Shown here: piece by piece, positions 39,664 to 54,700 of the stretch | Layout: each line of letters opens with the position of its first letter | How positions within the stretch are numbered: the stretch's first letter is position 1 | From: Auanema rhodensis | Lineage: Eukaryota > Animalia > Nematoda | Direction of reading: 5' to 3' | Length of the DNA stretch: 64,000 nt | NCBI GenBank assembly: GCA_964057225.1 | Contig: OZ059899.1 | Location: forward strand, 2,666,001 to 2,730,000 | The notes under the pieces: generated by a model | Databases searched by the model: none | What the model saw: only the letters and a program-made list of their open reading frames with translations | What the model was told of the DNA's origin: nothing | Position numbers and translations under genes: made by a program

Positions 39664-42600
39664 ACATGGAAACTCAACATACACTAATGCATCATTTTTC
39701 AAACAATCATAACTAATTTTTGTATTAAGCGTTTCTCAATGTAGTATAGTGCATTCGATGCGGATTTTTGAGCTGCGTCGATCTGTGTTATCAGATTTGC
39801 GCTAGCTTAAAAATGCACCGAGATATCAACTGATATAAGTTCACACTTATATCCTCGATTTTCACCCTGAAGAATTAATTTTTTCGATGAATAACATTGT
39901 CCATCGTCTTTGCCTTGAAAAACGGAATCTAAAAACATCTACTTTTCGCTAAATTATTTTGAAATTTTTCGAAAAAATTTTTGTCAAAATGTTTTTGGAA
40001 GCAATGTTGAGTGTACATGGAAACTCAACATACACTAATGCATCATTTTTCAAACGATCATAACTAATTTTTGTATTAAACGTTTCTCAATGTAGTATAG
40101 TGCATTCGATGCGGATTTTTGAGCTGCGTCGATCTGTGTTATCAGATTTGCGCTAGCTTAAAAATGCACCGAGATATCAACTGATATAAGTTCACACTTA
40201 TATCCTCGATTTTCACCCTGAAGAATTATTTTTTTCGTTGAATAACATTGTCCATCGTCTTTGCCTTGAAAAACGGAATCTAAAAACATCTACTTTTTGC
40301 TAAATTATCTTGAAATTTTTCGAAAACATTTTTGTCAAAATGTTTTTGGAAGCAATGTTGAGTGTACATGGAAACTCAACATACACTAATGCATCATTTT
40401 TCAAACAATCATAACTAATTTTTGTATTAAGCGTTTCTCAATGTAGTATAGTGCATTCGATGCGGATTTTTGAGCTGCGTCGATCTGTGTTATCAGATTT
40501 GCGCTAGCTTAAAAAAGCACCGAGATATCAATTGATATAAGTTCACACTTATATCCTCGATTTTCACCCTGAAGAATTAATTTTTTCGATGAATAACATT
40601 GTCCATCGTCTTTGCCTTGAAAAACGGAATCTAAAAACATCTACTTTTTGCTAAATTAATTTGAAATTTTTCGAAAAAATTTTTGTCAAAATGTTTTTGG
40701 AAGCAATGTTGAGTGTACATGGAAACTCAACATACACTAATGCATCATTTTTCAAACGATCATAACTAATTTTTGTATTAAGCGTTTCTCAATGTAGTAT
40801 AGTGCATTCGATGCGGATTTTTGAGCTGCGTCGATCTGTGTTATCAGATTTGCGCTAGCTTAAAAATGCACCGAGATATCAACTGATATAAGTTCACACT
40901 TATATCCTCGATTTTCACCCTGAAGAATTAATTTATTCGTTGAATAACATCGTCCATCGTCTTTGCTTTGAAAAACGGAACCTAAAAACATCTACTTTTC
41001 GCTAAATTATTTTGAAATTTTTCGAAAAAATTTTTGTCAAAATGTTTTTGGAAGCAATGTTGAGTGTACATGGAAACTCAACATACACTAATGCATCATT
41101 TTTCAAACAATCATAACTAATTTTTGTATTAAGCGTTTCTCAATGTAGTATAGTGCATTCGATGCGGATTTTTGAGCTGCGTCGATCTGTGTTATCAGAT
41201 TTGCGCTAGCTTAAAAAAGCACCGAGATATCAATTGATATAAGTTCACACTTATATCCTCGATTTTCACCCTGAAGAATTATTTTTTTCGTTGAATAACA
41301 TTGTCCATCGTCTTTGCCTTGAAAAACGGAATCTAAAAACATCTACTTTTTGCTAAATTAATTTGAAATTTTTCGAAAAAATTTTTGTCAAAATGTTTTT
41401 GGAAGCAATGTTGAGTGTACATGGAAACTCAACATACACTAATGCATCATTTTTCAAACGATCATAACTAATTTTTGTATTAAGCGTTTCTCAATGTAGT
41501 ATAGTGCATTCGATGCGGATTTTTGAGCTGCGTCGATCTGTGTTATCAGATTTGCGCTAGCTTGAAAATGCACCGAGATATCAACTGATATAAGTTCACA
41601 CTTATATCCTCGATTTTCACCCTGAAGAATTAATTTTTTCGTTGAATAACATTGTCCATCGTCTTTGCCTTGAAAAACGGAATCTAAACACATCTACTTT
41701 TCGCTAAATTATCTTGAAATTTTTCGAAAAAATTTTTGTCAAAATGTTTTTGGAAGCAATGTTGAGTGTACATGGAAACTCAACATACACTAATGCATCA
41801 TTTTTCAAACGATCATAACTAATTTTTGTATTGAGCGTTTCTCAATGTAGTATAGTGCATTCAATGCGGATTTTTGAGCTGCGTCGATCTGTGTTATCAG
41901 ATTTGCGCTAGCTTAAAAATGCACCGAGATATCAACTGATATAAGTTCACACTTATATCCTCGATTTTCACCCTGAAGAATTATTTTTTTCGTTGAATAA
42001 CATTGTCCATCGTCTTTGCTTTAAAAAACGGAATCTAAAAACATCTACTTTTTGCTAAATTATTTTGAAATTTTTCGAAAAAATTTTTGTCAAAATGTTT
42101 TTGGAAGCAATGTTGAGTGTACATGGAAACTCAACATACACTAATGCATCATTTTTCAAACGATCATAACTAAATTTTGTATTAAGCGTTTCTCAATGTA
42201 GTATAGTGCATTCGATGCGGATTTTTAAGCTGCGTCGATCTGTGTTATCAGATTTGCGCTAGCTTAAAAAAGCACCGAGATATCAACTGATATAAGTTCA
42301 CACTTATATCCTCGATTTTCACCCTGAAGAATTATTTTTTTCGTTGAATAACATTGTCCATCGTCTTTGCCTTGAAAAACGGAATCTAAAAACATCTACT
42401 TTTTGCTAAATTAATTTGAAATTTTTCGAAAAAATTTTTGTCAAAATGTTTTTGGAAGCAATGTTGAGTGTACATGGAAACTCAACATACACTAATGCAT
42501 CATTTTTCAAACGATCATAACTAATTTTTGTATTAAGCGTTTCTCAATGTAGTATAGTGCATTCGATGCGGATTTTTGAGCTGCGTCGATCTGTGTTATC

Positions 42601-45600
42601 AGATTTGCGCTAGCTTGAAAATGCACCGAGATATCAACTGATATAAGTTCACACTTATATCCTCGATTTTCACCCTGAAGAATTAATTTTTTCGATGAAT
42701 AACATTGTCCATCGTCTTTGCCTTGAAAAACGGAATCTTAAAACATCTACTTTTCGCTAAATTATTTTGAAATTTTTCGAAAAAATTTTTGTCAAAATGT
42801 TTTTGGAAGCAATGTTGAGTGTACATGGAAACTCAACATACACTAATGCATCATTTTTCAAACGATCATAACTAATTTTTGTATTAAGCGTTTCTTAATG
42901 TAGTATAGTGCATTCGATGCGGATTTTTGAGCTGCGTCGATCTGTGTTATCAGATTTGCGCTAGCTTGAAAATGCACCGAGATATCAACTGATATAAGTT
43001 CACACTTATATCCTCGATTTTCACCCTGAAGAATTAATTTTTTCGTTGAATAACATTGTCCATCGTCTTTGCCTTGAAAAACGGAATCTAAAAACATCTA
43101 CTTTTCGCTAAATTATCTTGAAATTTTTCGAAAAAATTTTTGTCAAAATGTTTTTGGAAGCAATGTTGAGTGTACATGGAAACTCAACATACACTAATGC
43201 ATCATTTTTCAAACAATCATAACTAATTTTTGTATTAAGCGTTTCTCAATGTAGTATAGTGCATTCGATGCGGATTTTTGAGCTGCGTCGATCTGTGTTA
43301 TCAGATTTGCGCTAGCTTAAAAATGCACCGAGATATCAACTGATATAAGTTCACACTTATATCCTCGATTTTCACCCTGAAGAATTAATTTTTTCGATGA
43401 ATAACATTGTCCATCGTCTTTGCCTTGAAAAACGGAATCTAAAAACATCTACTTTTCGCTAAATTATTTTGAAATTTTTCGAAAAAATTTTTGTCAAAAT
43501 GTTTTTGGAAGCAATGTTGAGTGTACATGGAAACTCAACATACACTAATGCATCATTTTTCAAACGATCATAACTAATTTTTGTATTAAACGTTTCTCAA
43601 TGTAGTATAGTGCATTCGATGCGGATTTTTGAGCTGCGTCGATCTGTGTTATCAGATTTGCGCTAGCTTAAAAATGCACCGAGATATCAACTGATATAAG
43701 TTCACACTTATATCCTCGATTTTCACCCTGAAGAATTATTTTTTTCGTTGAATAACATTGTCCATCGTCTTTGCCTTGAAAAACGGAATCTAAAAACATC
43801 TACTTTTTGCTAAATTATCTTGAAATTTTTCGAAAACATTTTTGTCAAAATGTTTTTGGAAGCAATGTTGAGTGTACATGGAAACTCAACATACACTAAT
43901 GCATCATTTTTCAAACAATCATAACTAATTTTTGTATTAAGCGTTTCTCAATGTAGTATAGTGCATTCGATGCGGATTTTTGAGCTGCGTCGATCTGTGT
44001 TATCAGATTTGCGCTAGCTTAAAAAAGCACCGAGATATCAATTGATATAAGTTCACACTTATATCCTCGATTTTCACCCTGAAGAATTAATTTTTTCGAT
44101 GAATAACATTGTCCATCGTCTTTGCCTTGAAAAACGGAATCTAAAAACATCTACTTTTTGCTAAATTAATTTGAAATTTTTCGAAAAAATTTTTGTCAAA
44201 ATGTTTTTGGAAGCAATGTTGAGTGTACATGGAAACTCAACATACACTAATGCATCATTTTTCAAACGATCATAACTAATTTTTGTATTAAGCGTTTCTC
44301 AATGTAGTATAGTGCATTCGATGCGGATTTTTGAGCTGCGTCGATCTGTGTTATCAGATTTGCGCTAGCTTAAAAATGCACCGAGATATCAACTGATATA
44401 AGTTCACACTTATATCCTCGATTTTCACCCTGAAGAATTAATTTATTCGTTGAATAACATCGTCCATCGTCTTTGCTTTGAAAAACGGAACCTAAAAACA
44501 TCTACTTTTCGCTAAATTATTTTGAAATTTTTCGAAAAAATTTTTGTCAAAATGTTTTTGGAAGCAATGTTGAGTGTACATGGAAACTCAACATACACTA
44601 ATGCATCATTTTTCAAACAATCATAACTAATTTTTGTATTAAGCGTTTCTCAATGTAGTATAGTGCATTCGATGCGGATTTTTGAGCTGCGTCGATCTGT
44701 GTTATCAGATTTGCGCTAGCTTAAAAAAGCACCGAGATATCAATTGATATAAGTTCACACTTATATCCTCGATTTTCACCCTGAAGAATTATTTTTTTCG
44801 TTGAATAACATTGTCCATCGTCTTTGCCTTGAAAAACGGAATCTAAAAACATCTACTTTTTGCTAAATTAATTTGAAATTTTTCGAAAAAATTTTTGTCA
44901 AAATGTTTTTGGAAGCAATGTTGAGTGTACATGGAAACTCAACATACACTAATGCATCATTTTTCAAACGATCATAACTAATTTTTGTATTAAGCGTTTC
45001 TCAATGTAGTATAGTGCATTCGATGCGGATTTTTGAGCTGCGTCGATCTGTGTTATCAGATTTGCGCTAGCTTGAAAATGCACCGAGATATCAACTGATA
45101 TAAGTTCACACTTATATCCTCGATTTTCACCCTGAAGAATTAATTTTTTCGTTGAATAACATTGTCCATCGTCTTTGCCTTGAAAAACGGAATCTAAACA
45201 CATCTACTTTTCGCTAAATTATCTTGAAATTTTTCGAAAAAATTTTTGTCAAAATGTTTTTGGAAGCAATGTTGAGTGTACATGGAAACTCAACATACAC
45301 TAATGCATCATTTTTCAAACGATCATAACTAATTTTTGTATTGAGCGTTTCTCAATGTAGTATAGTGCATTCAATGCGGATTTTTGAGCTGCGTCGATCT
45401 GTGTTATCAGATTTGCGCTAGCTTAAAAATGCACCGAGATATCAACTGATATAAGTTCACACTTATATCCTCGATTTTCACCCTGAAGAATTATTTTTTT
45501 CGTTGAATAACATTGTCCATCGTCTTTGCTTTAAAAAACGGAATCTAAAAACATCTACTTTTTGCTAAATTATTTTGAAATTTTTCGAAAAAATTTTTGT

Positions 45601-45981
45601 CAAAATGTTTTTGGAAGCAATGTTGAGTGTACATGGAAACTCAACATACACTAATGCATCATTTTTCAAACGATCATAACTAAATTTTGTATTAAGCGTT
45701 TCTCAATGTAGTATAGTGCATTCGATGCGGATTTTTAAGCTGCGTCGATCTGTGTTATCAGATTTGCGCTAGCTTAAAAAAGCACCGAGATATCAACTGA
45801 TATAAGTTCACACTTATATCCTCGATTTTCACCCTGAAGAATTATTTTTTTCGTTGAATAACATTGTCCATCGTCTTTGCCTTGAAAAACGGAATCTAAA
45901 AACATCTACTTTTTGCTAAATTAATTTGAAATTTTTCGAAAAAATTTTTGTCAAAATGTTTTTGGAAGCAATGTTGAGTGT
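39664..45981 (+). repeat. 10-monomer-period (3510-bp) duplication (monomers 114-121 match 124-131)
   Basis: Private variants recur exactly 3510 bp apart: cgaaaacatt 40321/43831, atttattcgt 40931/44441, cctaaaa 40981/44491, ttaaaaaacg 42021/45531, and the MCLD ORF at 41454/44964. Confidence 0.92.
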
Positions 45982-48789
45982 ACATGGAAACTCAACATAC
46001 ACTAATGCATCATTTTTCAAACGATCATAACTAATTTTTGTATTAAGCGTTTCTCAATGTAGTATAGTGCATTCGATGCGGATTTTTGAGCTGCGTCGAT
46101 CTGTGTTATCAGATTTGCGCTAGCTTGAAAATGCACCGAGATATCAACTGATATAAGTTCACACTTATATCCTCGATTTTCACCCTGAAGAATTAATTTT
46201 TTCGTTGAATAACATTGTCCATCGTCTTTGCCTTGAAAAACGGAATCTAAACACATCTACTTTTCGCTAAATTATCTTGAAATTTTTCGAAAAAATTTTT
46301 GTCAAAATGTTTTTGGAAGCAATGTTGAGTGTACATGGAAACTCAACATACACTAATGCATCATTTTTCAAACGATCATAACTAATTTTTGTATTAAGCG
46401 TTTCTCAATGTAGTATAGTGCATTCGATGCGGATTGTTGAGCTGCGTCGATCTGTGTTATCAGATTTGCGCTAGCTTAAAAATGCACCGAGATATCAACT
46501 GATATGAGTTCACACATATATCCTCGATTTTCACCCTGAAGAATTAATTTTTTCGTTGAATAACATTGTCCATCGTCTTTGCCTTGAAAAAAGGAATCTA
46601 AAAACATCTACTTTTTGCTAAATTATTTTGAAATTTTTCGAAAAAATTTTTGTCAAAATGTTTTTGGAAGCAATGTTGAGTGTACATGGAAACTCAACAT
46701 ACACTAATGCATCATTTTTCAAACGATCATAACTAATTTTTGTATTAAGCGTTTCTTAATGTAGTATAGTGCATTCGATGCGGATTTTTGAGCTGCGTCG
46801 ATCTGTGTTATCAGATGTGCGCTAGCTTGAAAATGCACCGAGATATCAACTGATATAAGTTCACACTTATATCCTCGATTTTCACCCTGAAGAATTAATT
46901 TTTTCGTTGAATAACATTGTCCATCGTCTTTGCCTTGAAAAACGGAATCTAAAAACATCTACTTTTCGCTAAATTATCTTGAAATTTTTCGAAAAAATTT
47001 TTGTCAAAATGTTTTTGGAAGCAATGTTGAGTGTACATGGAAACTCAACATACACTAATGCATCATTTTTCAAACAATCATAACTAATTTTTGTATTAAG
47101 CGTTTCTCAATGTAGTATAGTGCATTCGATGCGGATTTTTGAGCTGCGTCGATCTGTGTTATCAGATTTGCGCTAGCTTAAAAAAGCACCGAGATATCAA
47201 TTGATATAAGTTCACACTTATATCCTCGATTTTCACCCTGAAGAATTATTTTTTTCGTTGAATAACATTGTCCATCGTCTTTGCCTTGAAAAACGGAATC
47301 TAAAAACATCTACTTTTTGCTAAATTAATTTGAAATTTTTCGAAAAAATTTTTGTCAAAATGTTTTTGGAAGCAATGTTGAGTGTACATGGAAACTCAAC
47401 ATACACTAATGCATCATTTTTCAAACGATCATAACTAATTTTTGTATTAAGCGTTTCTCAATGTAGTATAGTGCATTCGATGCGGATTTTTGAGCTGCGT
47501 CGATCTGTGTTATCAGATTTGCGCTAGCTTGAAAATGCACCGAGATATCAACTGATATAAGTTCACACTTATATCCTCGATTTTCACCCTGAAGAATTAA
47601 TTTTTTCGTTGAATAACATTGTCCATCGTCTTTGCCTTGAAAAACGGAATCTAAACACATCTACTTTTCGCTAAATTATCTTGAAATTTTTCGAAAAAAT
47701 TTTTGTCAAAATGTTTTTGGAAGCAATGTTGAGTGTACATGGAAACTCAACATACACTAATGCATCATTTTTCAAACGATCATAACTAATTTTTGTATTA
47801 AGCGTTTCTCAATGTAGTATAGTGCATTCGATGCGGATTTTTGAGCTGCGTCGATCTGTGTTATCAGATTTGCGCTAGCTTGAAAATGCACCGAGATATC
47901 AACTGATATAAGTTCACACTTATATCCTCGATTTTCACCCTGAAGAATTAATTTTTTCGTTGAATAACATTGTCCATCGTCTTTGCCTTGAAAAACGGAA
48001 TCTAAACACATCTACTTTTCGCTAAATTATCTTGAAATTTTTCGAAAAAATTTTTGTCAAAATGTTTTTGGAAGCAATGTTGAGTGTACATGGAAACTCA
48101 ACATACACTAATGCATCATTTTTCAAACGATCATAACTAATTTTTGTATTAAGCGTTTCTCAATGTAGTATAGTGCATTCGATGCGGATTGTTGAGCTGC
48201 GTCGATCTGTGTTATCAGATTTGCGCTAGCTTAAAAATGCACCGAGATATCAACTGATATGAGTTCACACATATATCCTCGATTTTCACCCTGAAGAATT
48301 AATTTTTTCGTTGAATAACATTGTCCATCGTCTTTGCCTTGAAAAAAGGAATCTAAAAACATCTACTTTTTGCTAAATTATTTTGAAATTTTTCGAAAAA
48401 ATTTTTGTCAAAATGTTTTTGGAAGCAATGTTGAGTGTACATGGAAACTCAACATACACTAATGCATCATTTTTCAAACGATCATAACTAATTTTTGTAT
48501 TAAGCGTTTCTTAATGTAGTATAGTGCATTCGATGCGGATTTTTGAGCTGCGTCGATCTGTGTTATCAGATTTGCGCTAGCTTGAAAATGCACCGAGATA
48601 TCAACTGATATAAGTTCACACTTATATCCTCGATTTTCACCCTGAAGAATTAATTTTTTCGTTGAATAACATTGTCCATCGTCTTTGCCTTGAAAAACGG
48701 AATCTAAAAACATCTACTTTTCGCTAAATTATCTTGAAATTTTTCGAAAAAATTTTTGTCAAAATGTTTTTGGAAGCAATGTTGAGTGT

Positions 48790-51700
48790 ACATGGAAACT
48801 CAACATACACTAATGCATCATTTTTCAAACAATCATAACTAATTTTTGTATTAAGCGTTTCTCAATGTAGTATAGTGCATTCGATGCGGATTTTTGAGCT
48901 GCGTCGATCTGTGTTATCAGATTTGCGCTAGCTTAAAAAAGCACCGAGATATCAATTGATATAAGTTCACACTTATATCCTCGATTTTCACCCTGAAGAA
49001 TTATTTTTTTCGTTGAATAACATTGTCCATCGTCTTTGCCTTGAAAAACGGAATCTAAAAACATCTACTTTTTGCTAAATTAATTTGAAATTTTTCGAAA
49101 AAATTTTTGTCAAAATGTTTTTGGAAGCAATGTTGAGCGTACATGGAAACTCAACATACACTAATGCATCATTTTTCAAACGATCATAACTAATTTTTGT
49201 ATTAAGCGTTTCTCAATGTAGTATAGTGCATTCGATGCGGATTTTTGAGCTGCGTCGATCTGTGTTATCAGATTTGCGCTAGCTTGAAAATGCACCGAGA
49301 TATCAACTGATATAAGTTCACACTTATATCCTCGATTTTCACCCTGAAGAATTAAATTTTTCGTTGAATAACATTGTCCATCGTCTTTGCCTTGAAAAAC
49401 GGAATCTAAACACATCTACTTTTCGCTAAATTATCTTGAAATTTTTCGAAAAAATTTTTGTCAAAATGTTTTTGGAAGCAATGTTGAGTGTACATGGAAA
49501 CTCAACATACACTAATGCATCATTTTTCAAACGATCATAACTAATTTTTGTATTGAGCGTTTCTCAATGTAGTATAGTGCATTCAATGCGGATTTTTGAG
49601 CTGCGTCGATCTGTGTTATCAGATTTGCGCTAGCTTAAAAATGCACCGAGATATCAACTGATATAAGTTCACACTTATATCCTCGATTTTCACCCTGAAG
49701 AATTATTTTTTTCGTTGAATAACATTGTCCATCGTCTTTGCTTTGAAAAACGGAATCTAAAAACATCTACTTTTTGCTAAATTATTTTGAAATTTTTCGA
49801 AAAAATTTTTGTCAAAATGTTTTTGGAAGCAATGTTGAGTGTACATGGAAACTCAACATACACTAATGCATCATTTTTCAAACGATCATAACTAAATTTT
49901 GTATTAAGCGTTTCTCAATGTAGTATAATGCATTCGATGCGGATTTTTAAGCTGCGTCGATCTGTGTTATCAGATTTGCGCTAGCTTAAAAATGCACCGA
50001 GATATCAACTGATATAAGTTCACACTTATATCCTCGATTTTCACCCTGAAGAATTATTTTTTTCGTTGAATAACATTGTCCATCGTCTTTGCCTTGAAAA
50101 ACGGAATCTAAAAACATCTACTTTTCGCTAAATTATCTTGAAATTTTTCGAAAAAATTTTTGTCAAAATGTTTTTGGAAGCAATGTTGAGTGTACATGGA
50201 AACTCAACATACACTAATGCATCATTTTTCAAACAATCATAACTAATTTTTGTATTAAGCGTTTCTCAATGTAGTATAGTGCATTCGATGCGGATTTTTG
50301 AGCTGCGTCGATCTGTGTTATCAGATTTGCGCTAGCTTAAAAAAGCACCGAGATATCAATTGATATAAGTTCACACTTATATCCTCGATTTTCACCCTGA
50401 AGAATTATTTTTTTCGTTGAATAACATTGTCCATCGTCTTTGCCTTGAAAAACGGAATCTAAAAACATCTACTTTTTGCTAAATTAATTTGAAATTTTTC
50501 GAAAAAATTTTTGTCAAAATGTTTTTGGAAGCAATGTTGAGTGTACATGGAAACTCAACATACACTAATGCATCATTTTTCAAACGATCATAACTAATTT
50601 TTGTATTAAGCGTTTCTCAATGTAGTATAGTGCATTCGATGCGGATTTTTGAGCTGCGTCGATCTGTGTTATCAGATTTGCGCTAGCTTGAAAATGCACC
50701 GAGATATCAACTGATATAAGTTCACACTTATATCCTCGATTTTCACCCTGAAGAATTAAATTTTTCGTTGAATAACATTGTCCATCGTCTTTGCCTTGAA
50801 AAACGGAATCTAAACACATCTACTTTTCGCTAAATTATCTTGAAATTTTTCGAAAAAATTTTTGTCAAAATGTTTTTGGAAGCAATGTTGAGTGTACATG
50901 GAAACTCAACATACACTAATGCATCATTTTTCAAACGATCATAACTAATTTTTGTATTGAGCGTTTCTCAATGTAGTATAGTGCATTCAATGCGGATTTT
51001 TGAGCTGCGTCGATCTGTGTTATCAGATTTGCGCTAGCTTAAAAATGCACCGAGATATCAACTGATATAAGTTCACACTTATATCCTCGATTTTCACCCT
51101 GAAGAATTATTTTTTTCGTTGAATAACATTGTCCATCGTCTTTGCTTTGAAAAACGGAATCTAAAAACATCTACTTTTTGCTAAATTATTTTGAAATTTT
51201 TCGAAAAAATTTTTGTCAAAATGTTTTTGGAAGCAATGTTGAGTGTACATGGAAACTCAACATACACTAATGCATCATTTTTCAAACGATCATAACTAAA
51301 TTTTGTATTAAGCGTTTCTCAATGTAGTATAGTGCATTCGATGCGGATTTTTAAGCTGCGTCGATCTGTGTTATCAGATTTGCGCTAGCTTAAAAAAGCA
51401 CCGAGATATCAACTGATATAAGTTCACACTTATATCCTCGATTTTCACCCTGAAGAATTATTTTTTTCGTTGAATAACATTGTCCATCGTCTTTGCCTTG
51501 AAAAACGGAATCTAAAAACATCTACTTTTTGCTAAATTAATTTGAAATTTTTCGAAAAAATTTTTGTCAAAATGTTTTTGGAAGCAATGTTGAGTGTACA
51601 TGGAAACTCAACATACACTAATGCATCATTTTTCAAACGATCATAACTAATTTTTGTATTAAGCGTTTCTCAATGTAGTATAGTGCATTCGATGCGGATT

Positions 51701-54700
51701 TTTGAGCTGCGTCGATCTGTGTTATCAGATTTGCGCTAGCTTGAAAATGCACCGAGATATCAACTGATATAAGTTCACACTTATATCCTCGATTTTCACC
51801 CTGAAGAATTAATTTTTTCGTTGAATAACATTGTCCATCGTCTTTGCCTTGAAAAACGGAATCTAAACACATCTACTTTTCGCTAAATTATCTTGAAATT
51901 TTTCGAAAAAATTTTTGTCAAAATGTTTTTGGAAGCAATGTTGAGTGTACATGGAAACTCAACATACACTAATGCATCATTTTTCAAACGATCATAACTA
52001 AATTTTGTATTAAGCGTTTCTCAATGTAGTATAGTGCATTCGATGCGGATTTTTAAGCTGCGTCGATCTGTGTTATCAGATTTGCGCTAGCTTAAAAAAG
52101 CACCGAGATATCAACTGATATAAGTTCACACTTATATCCTCGATTTTCACCCTGAAGAATTATTTTTTTCGTTGAATAACATTGTCCATCGTCTTTGCCT
52201 TGAAAAACGGAATCTAAAAACATCTACTTTTTGCTAAATTAATTTGAAATTTTTCGAAAAAATTTTTGTCAAAATGTTTTTGGAAGCAATGTTGAGTGTA
52301 CATGGAAACTCAACATACACTAATGCATCATTTTTCAAACGATCATAACTAATTTTTGTATTAAGCGTTTCTCAATGTAGTATAGTGCATTCGATGCGGA
52401 TTTTTGAGCTGCGTCGATCTGTGTTATCAGATTTGCGCTAGCTTGAAAATGCACCGAGATATCAACTGATATAAGTTCACACTTATATCCTCGATTTTCA
52501 CCCTGAAGAATTAATTTTTTCGTTGAATAACATTGTCCATCGTCTTTGCCTTGAAAAACGGAATCTAAACACATCTACTTTTCGCTAAATTATCTTGAAA
52601 TTTTTCGAAAAAATTTTTGTCAAAATGTTTTTGGAAGCAATGTTGAGTGTACATGGAAACTCAACATACACTAATGCATCATTTTTCAAACGATCATAAC
52701 TAATTTTTGTATTAAGCGTTTCTCAATGTAGTATAGTGCATTCGATGCGGATTGTTGAGCTGCGTCGATCTGTGTTATCAGATTTGCGCTAGCTTAAAAA
52801 TGCACCGAGATATCAACTGATATGAGTTCACACATATATCCTCGATTTTCACCCTGAAGAATTAATTTTTTCGTTGAATAACATTGTCCATCGTCTTTGC
52901 CTTGAAAAAAGAAATCTAAAAACATCTACTTTTTGCTAAATTATTTTGAAATTTTTCGAAAAAATTTTTGTCAAAATGTTTTTGGAAGCAATGTTGAGTG
53001 TACATGGAAACTCAACATACACTAATGCATCATTTTTCAAACGATCATAACTAATTTTTGTATTAAGCGTTTCTTAATGTAGTATAGTGCATTCGATGCG
53101 GATTTTTGAGCTGCGTCGATCTGTGTTATCAGATTTGCGCTAGCTTGAAAATGCACCGAGATATCAACTGATATAAGTTCACACTTATATCCTTGATTTT
53201 CACCCTGAAGAATTAATTTTTTCGTTGAATAACATTGTCCATCGTCTTTGCCTTGAAAAACGGAATCTAAAAACATCTACTTTTCGCTAAATTATCTTGA
53301 AATTTTTCGAAAAAATTTTTGTCAAAATGTTTTTGGAAGCAATGTTGAGTGTACATGGAAACTCAACATACACTAATGCATCATTTTTCAAACAATCATA
53401 ACTAATTTTTGTATTAAGCGTTTCTCAATGTAGTATAGTGCATTCGATGCGGATTTTTGAGCTGCGTCGATCTGTGTTATCAGATTTGCGCTAGCTTAAA
53501 AAAGCACCGAGATATCAATTGATATAAGTTCACACTTATATCCTCGATTTTCACCCTGAAGAATTATTTTTTTCGTTGAATAACATTGTCCATCGTCTTT
53601 GCCTTGAAAAACGGAATCTAAAAACATCTACTTTTTGCTAAATTAATTTGAAATTTTTCGAAAAAATTTTTGTCAAAATGTTTTTGGAAGCAATGTTGAG
53701 TGTACATGGAAACTCAACATACACTAATGCATCATTTTTCAAACGATCATAACTAATTTTTGTATTAAGCGTTTCTCAATGTAGTATAGTGCATTCGATG
53801 CGGATTTTTGAGCTGCGTCGATCTGTGTTATCAGATTTGCGCTAGCTTGAAAATGCACCGAGATATCAACTGATATAAGTTCACACTTATATCCTCGATT
53901 TTCACCCTGAAGAATTAAATTTTTCGTTGAATAACATTGTCCATCGTCTTTGCCTTGAAAAACGGAATCTAAACACATCTACTTTTCGCTAAATTATCTT
54001 GAAATTTTTCGAAAAAATTTTTGTCAAAATGTTTTTGGAAGCAATGTTGAGTGTACATGGAAACTCAACATACACTAATGCATCATTTTTCAAACGATCA
54101 TAACTAATTTTTGTATTGAGCGTTTCTCAATGTAGTATAGTGCATTCAATGCGGATTTTTGAGCTGCGTCGATCTGTGTTATCAGATTTGCGCTAGCTTA
54201 AAAATGCACCGAGATATCAACTGATATAAGTTCACACTTATATCCTCGATTTTCACCCTGAAGAATTATTTTTTTCGTTGAATAACATTGTCCATCGTCT
54301 TTGCTTTGAAAAACGGAATCTAAAAACATCTACTTTTTGCTAAATTATTTTGAAATTTTTCGAAAAAATTTTTGTCAAAATGTTTTTGGAAGCAATGTTG
54401 AGTGTACATGGAAACTCAACATACACTAATGCATCATTTTTCAAACGATCATAACTAAATTTTGTATTAAGCGTTTCTCAATGTAGTATAGTGCATTCGA
54501 TGCGGATTTTTAAGCTGCGTCGATCTGTGTTATCAGATTTGCGCTAGCTTAAAAAAGCACCGAGATATCAACTGATATAAGTTCACACTTATATCCTCGA
54601 TTTTCACCCTGAAGAATTATTTTTTTCGTTGAATAACATTGTCCATCGTCTTTGCCTTGAAAAACGGAATCTAAAAACATCTACTTTTTGCTAAATTAAT

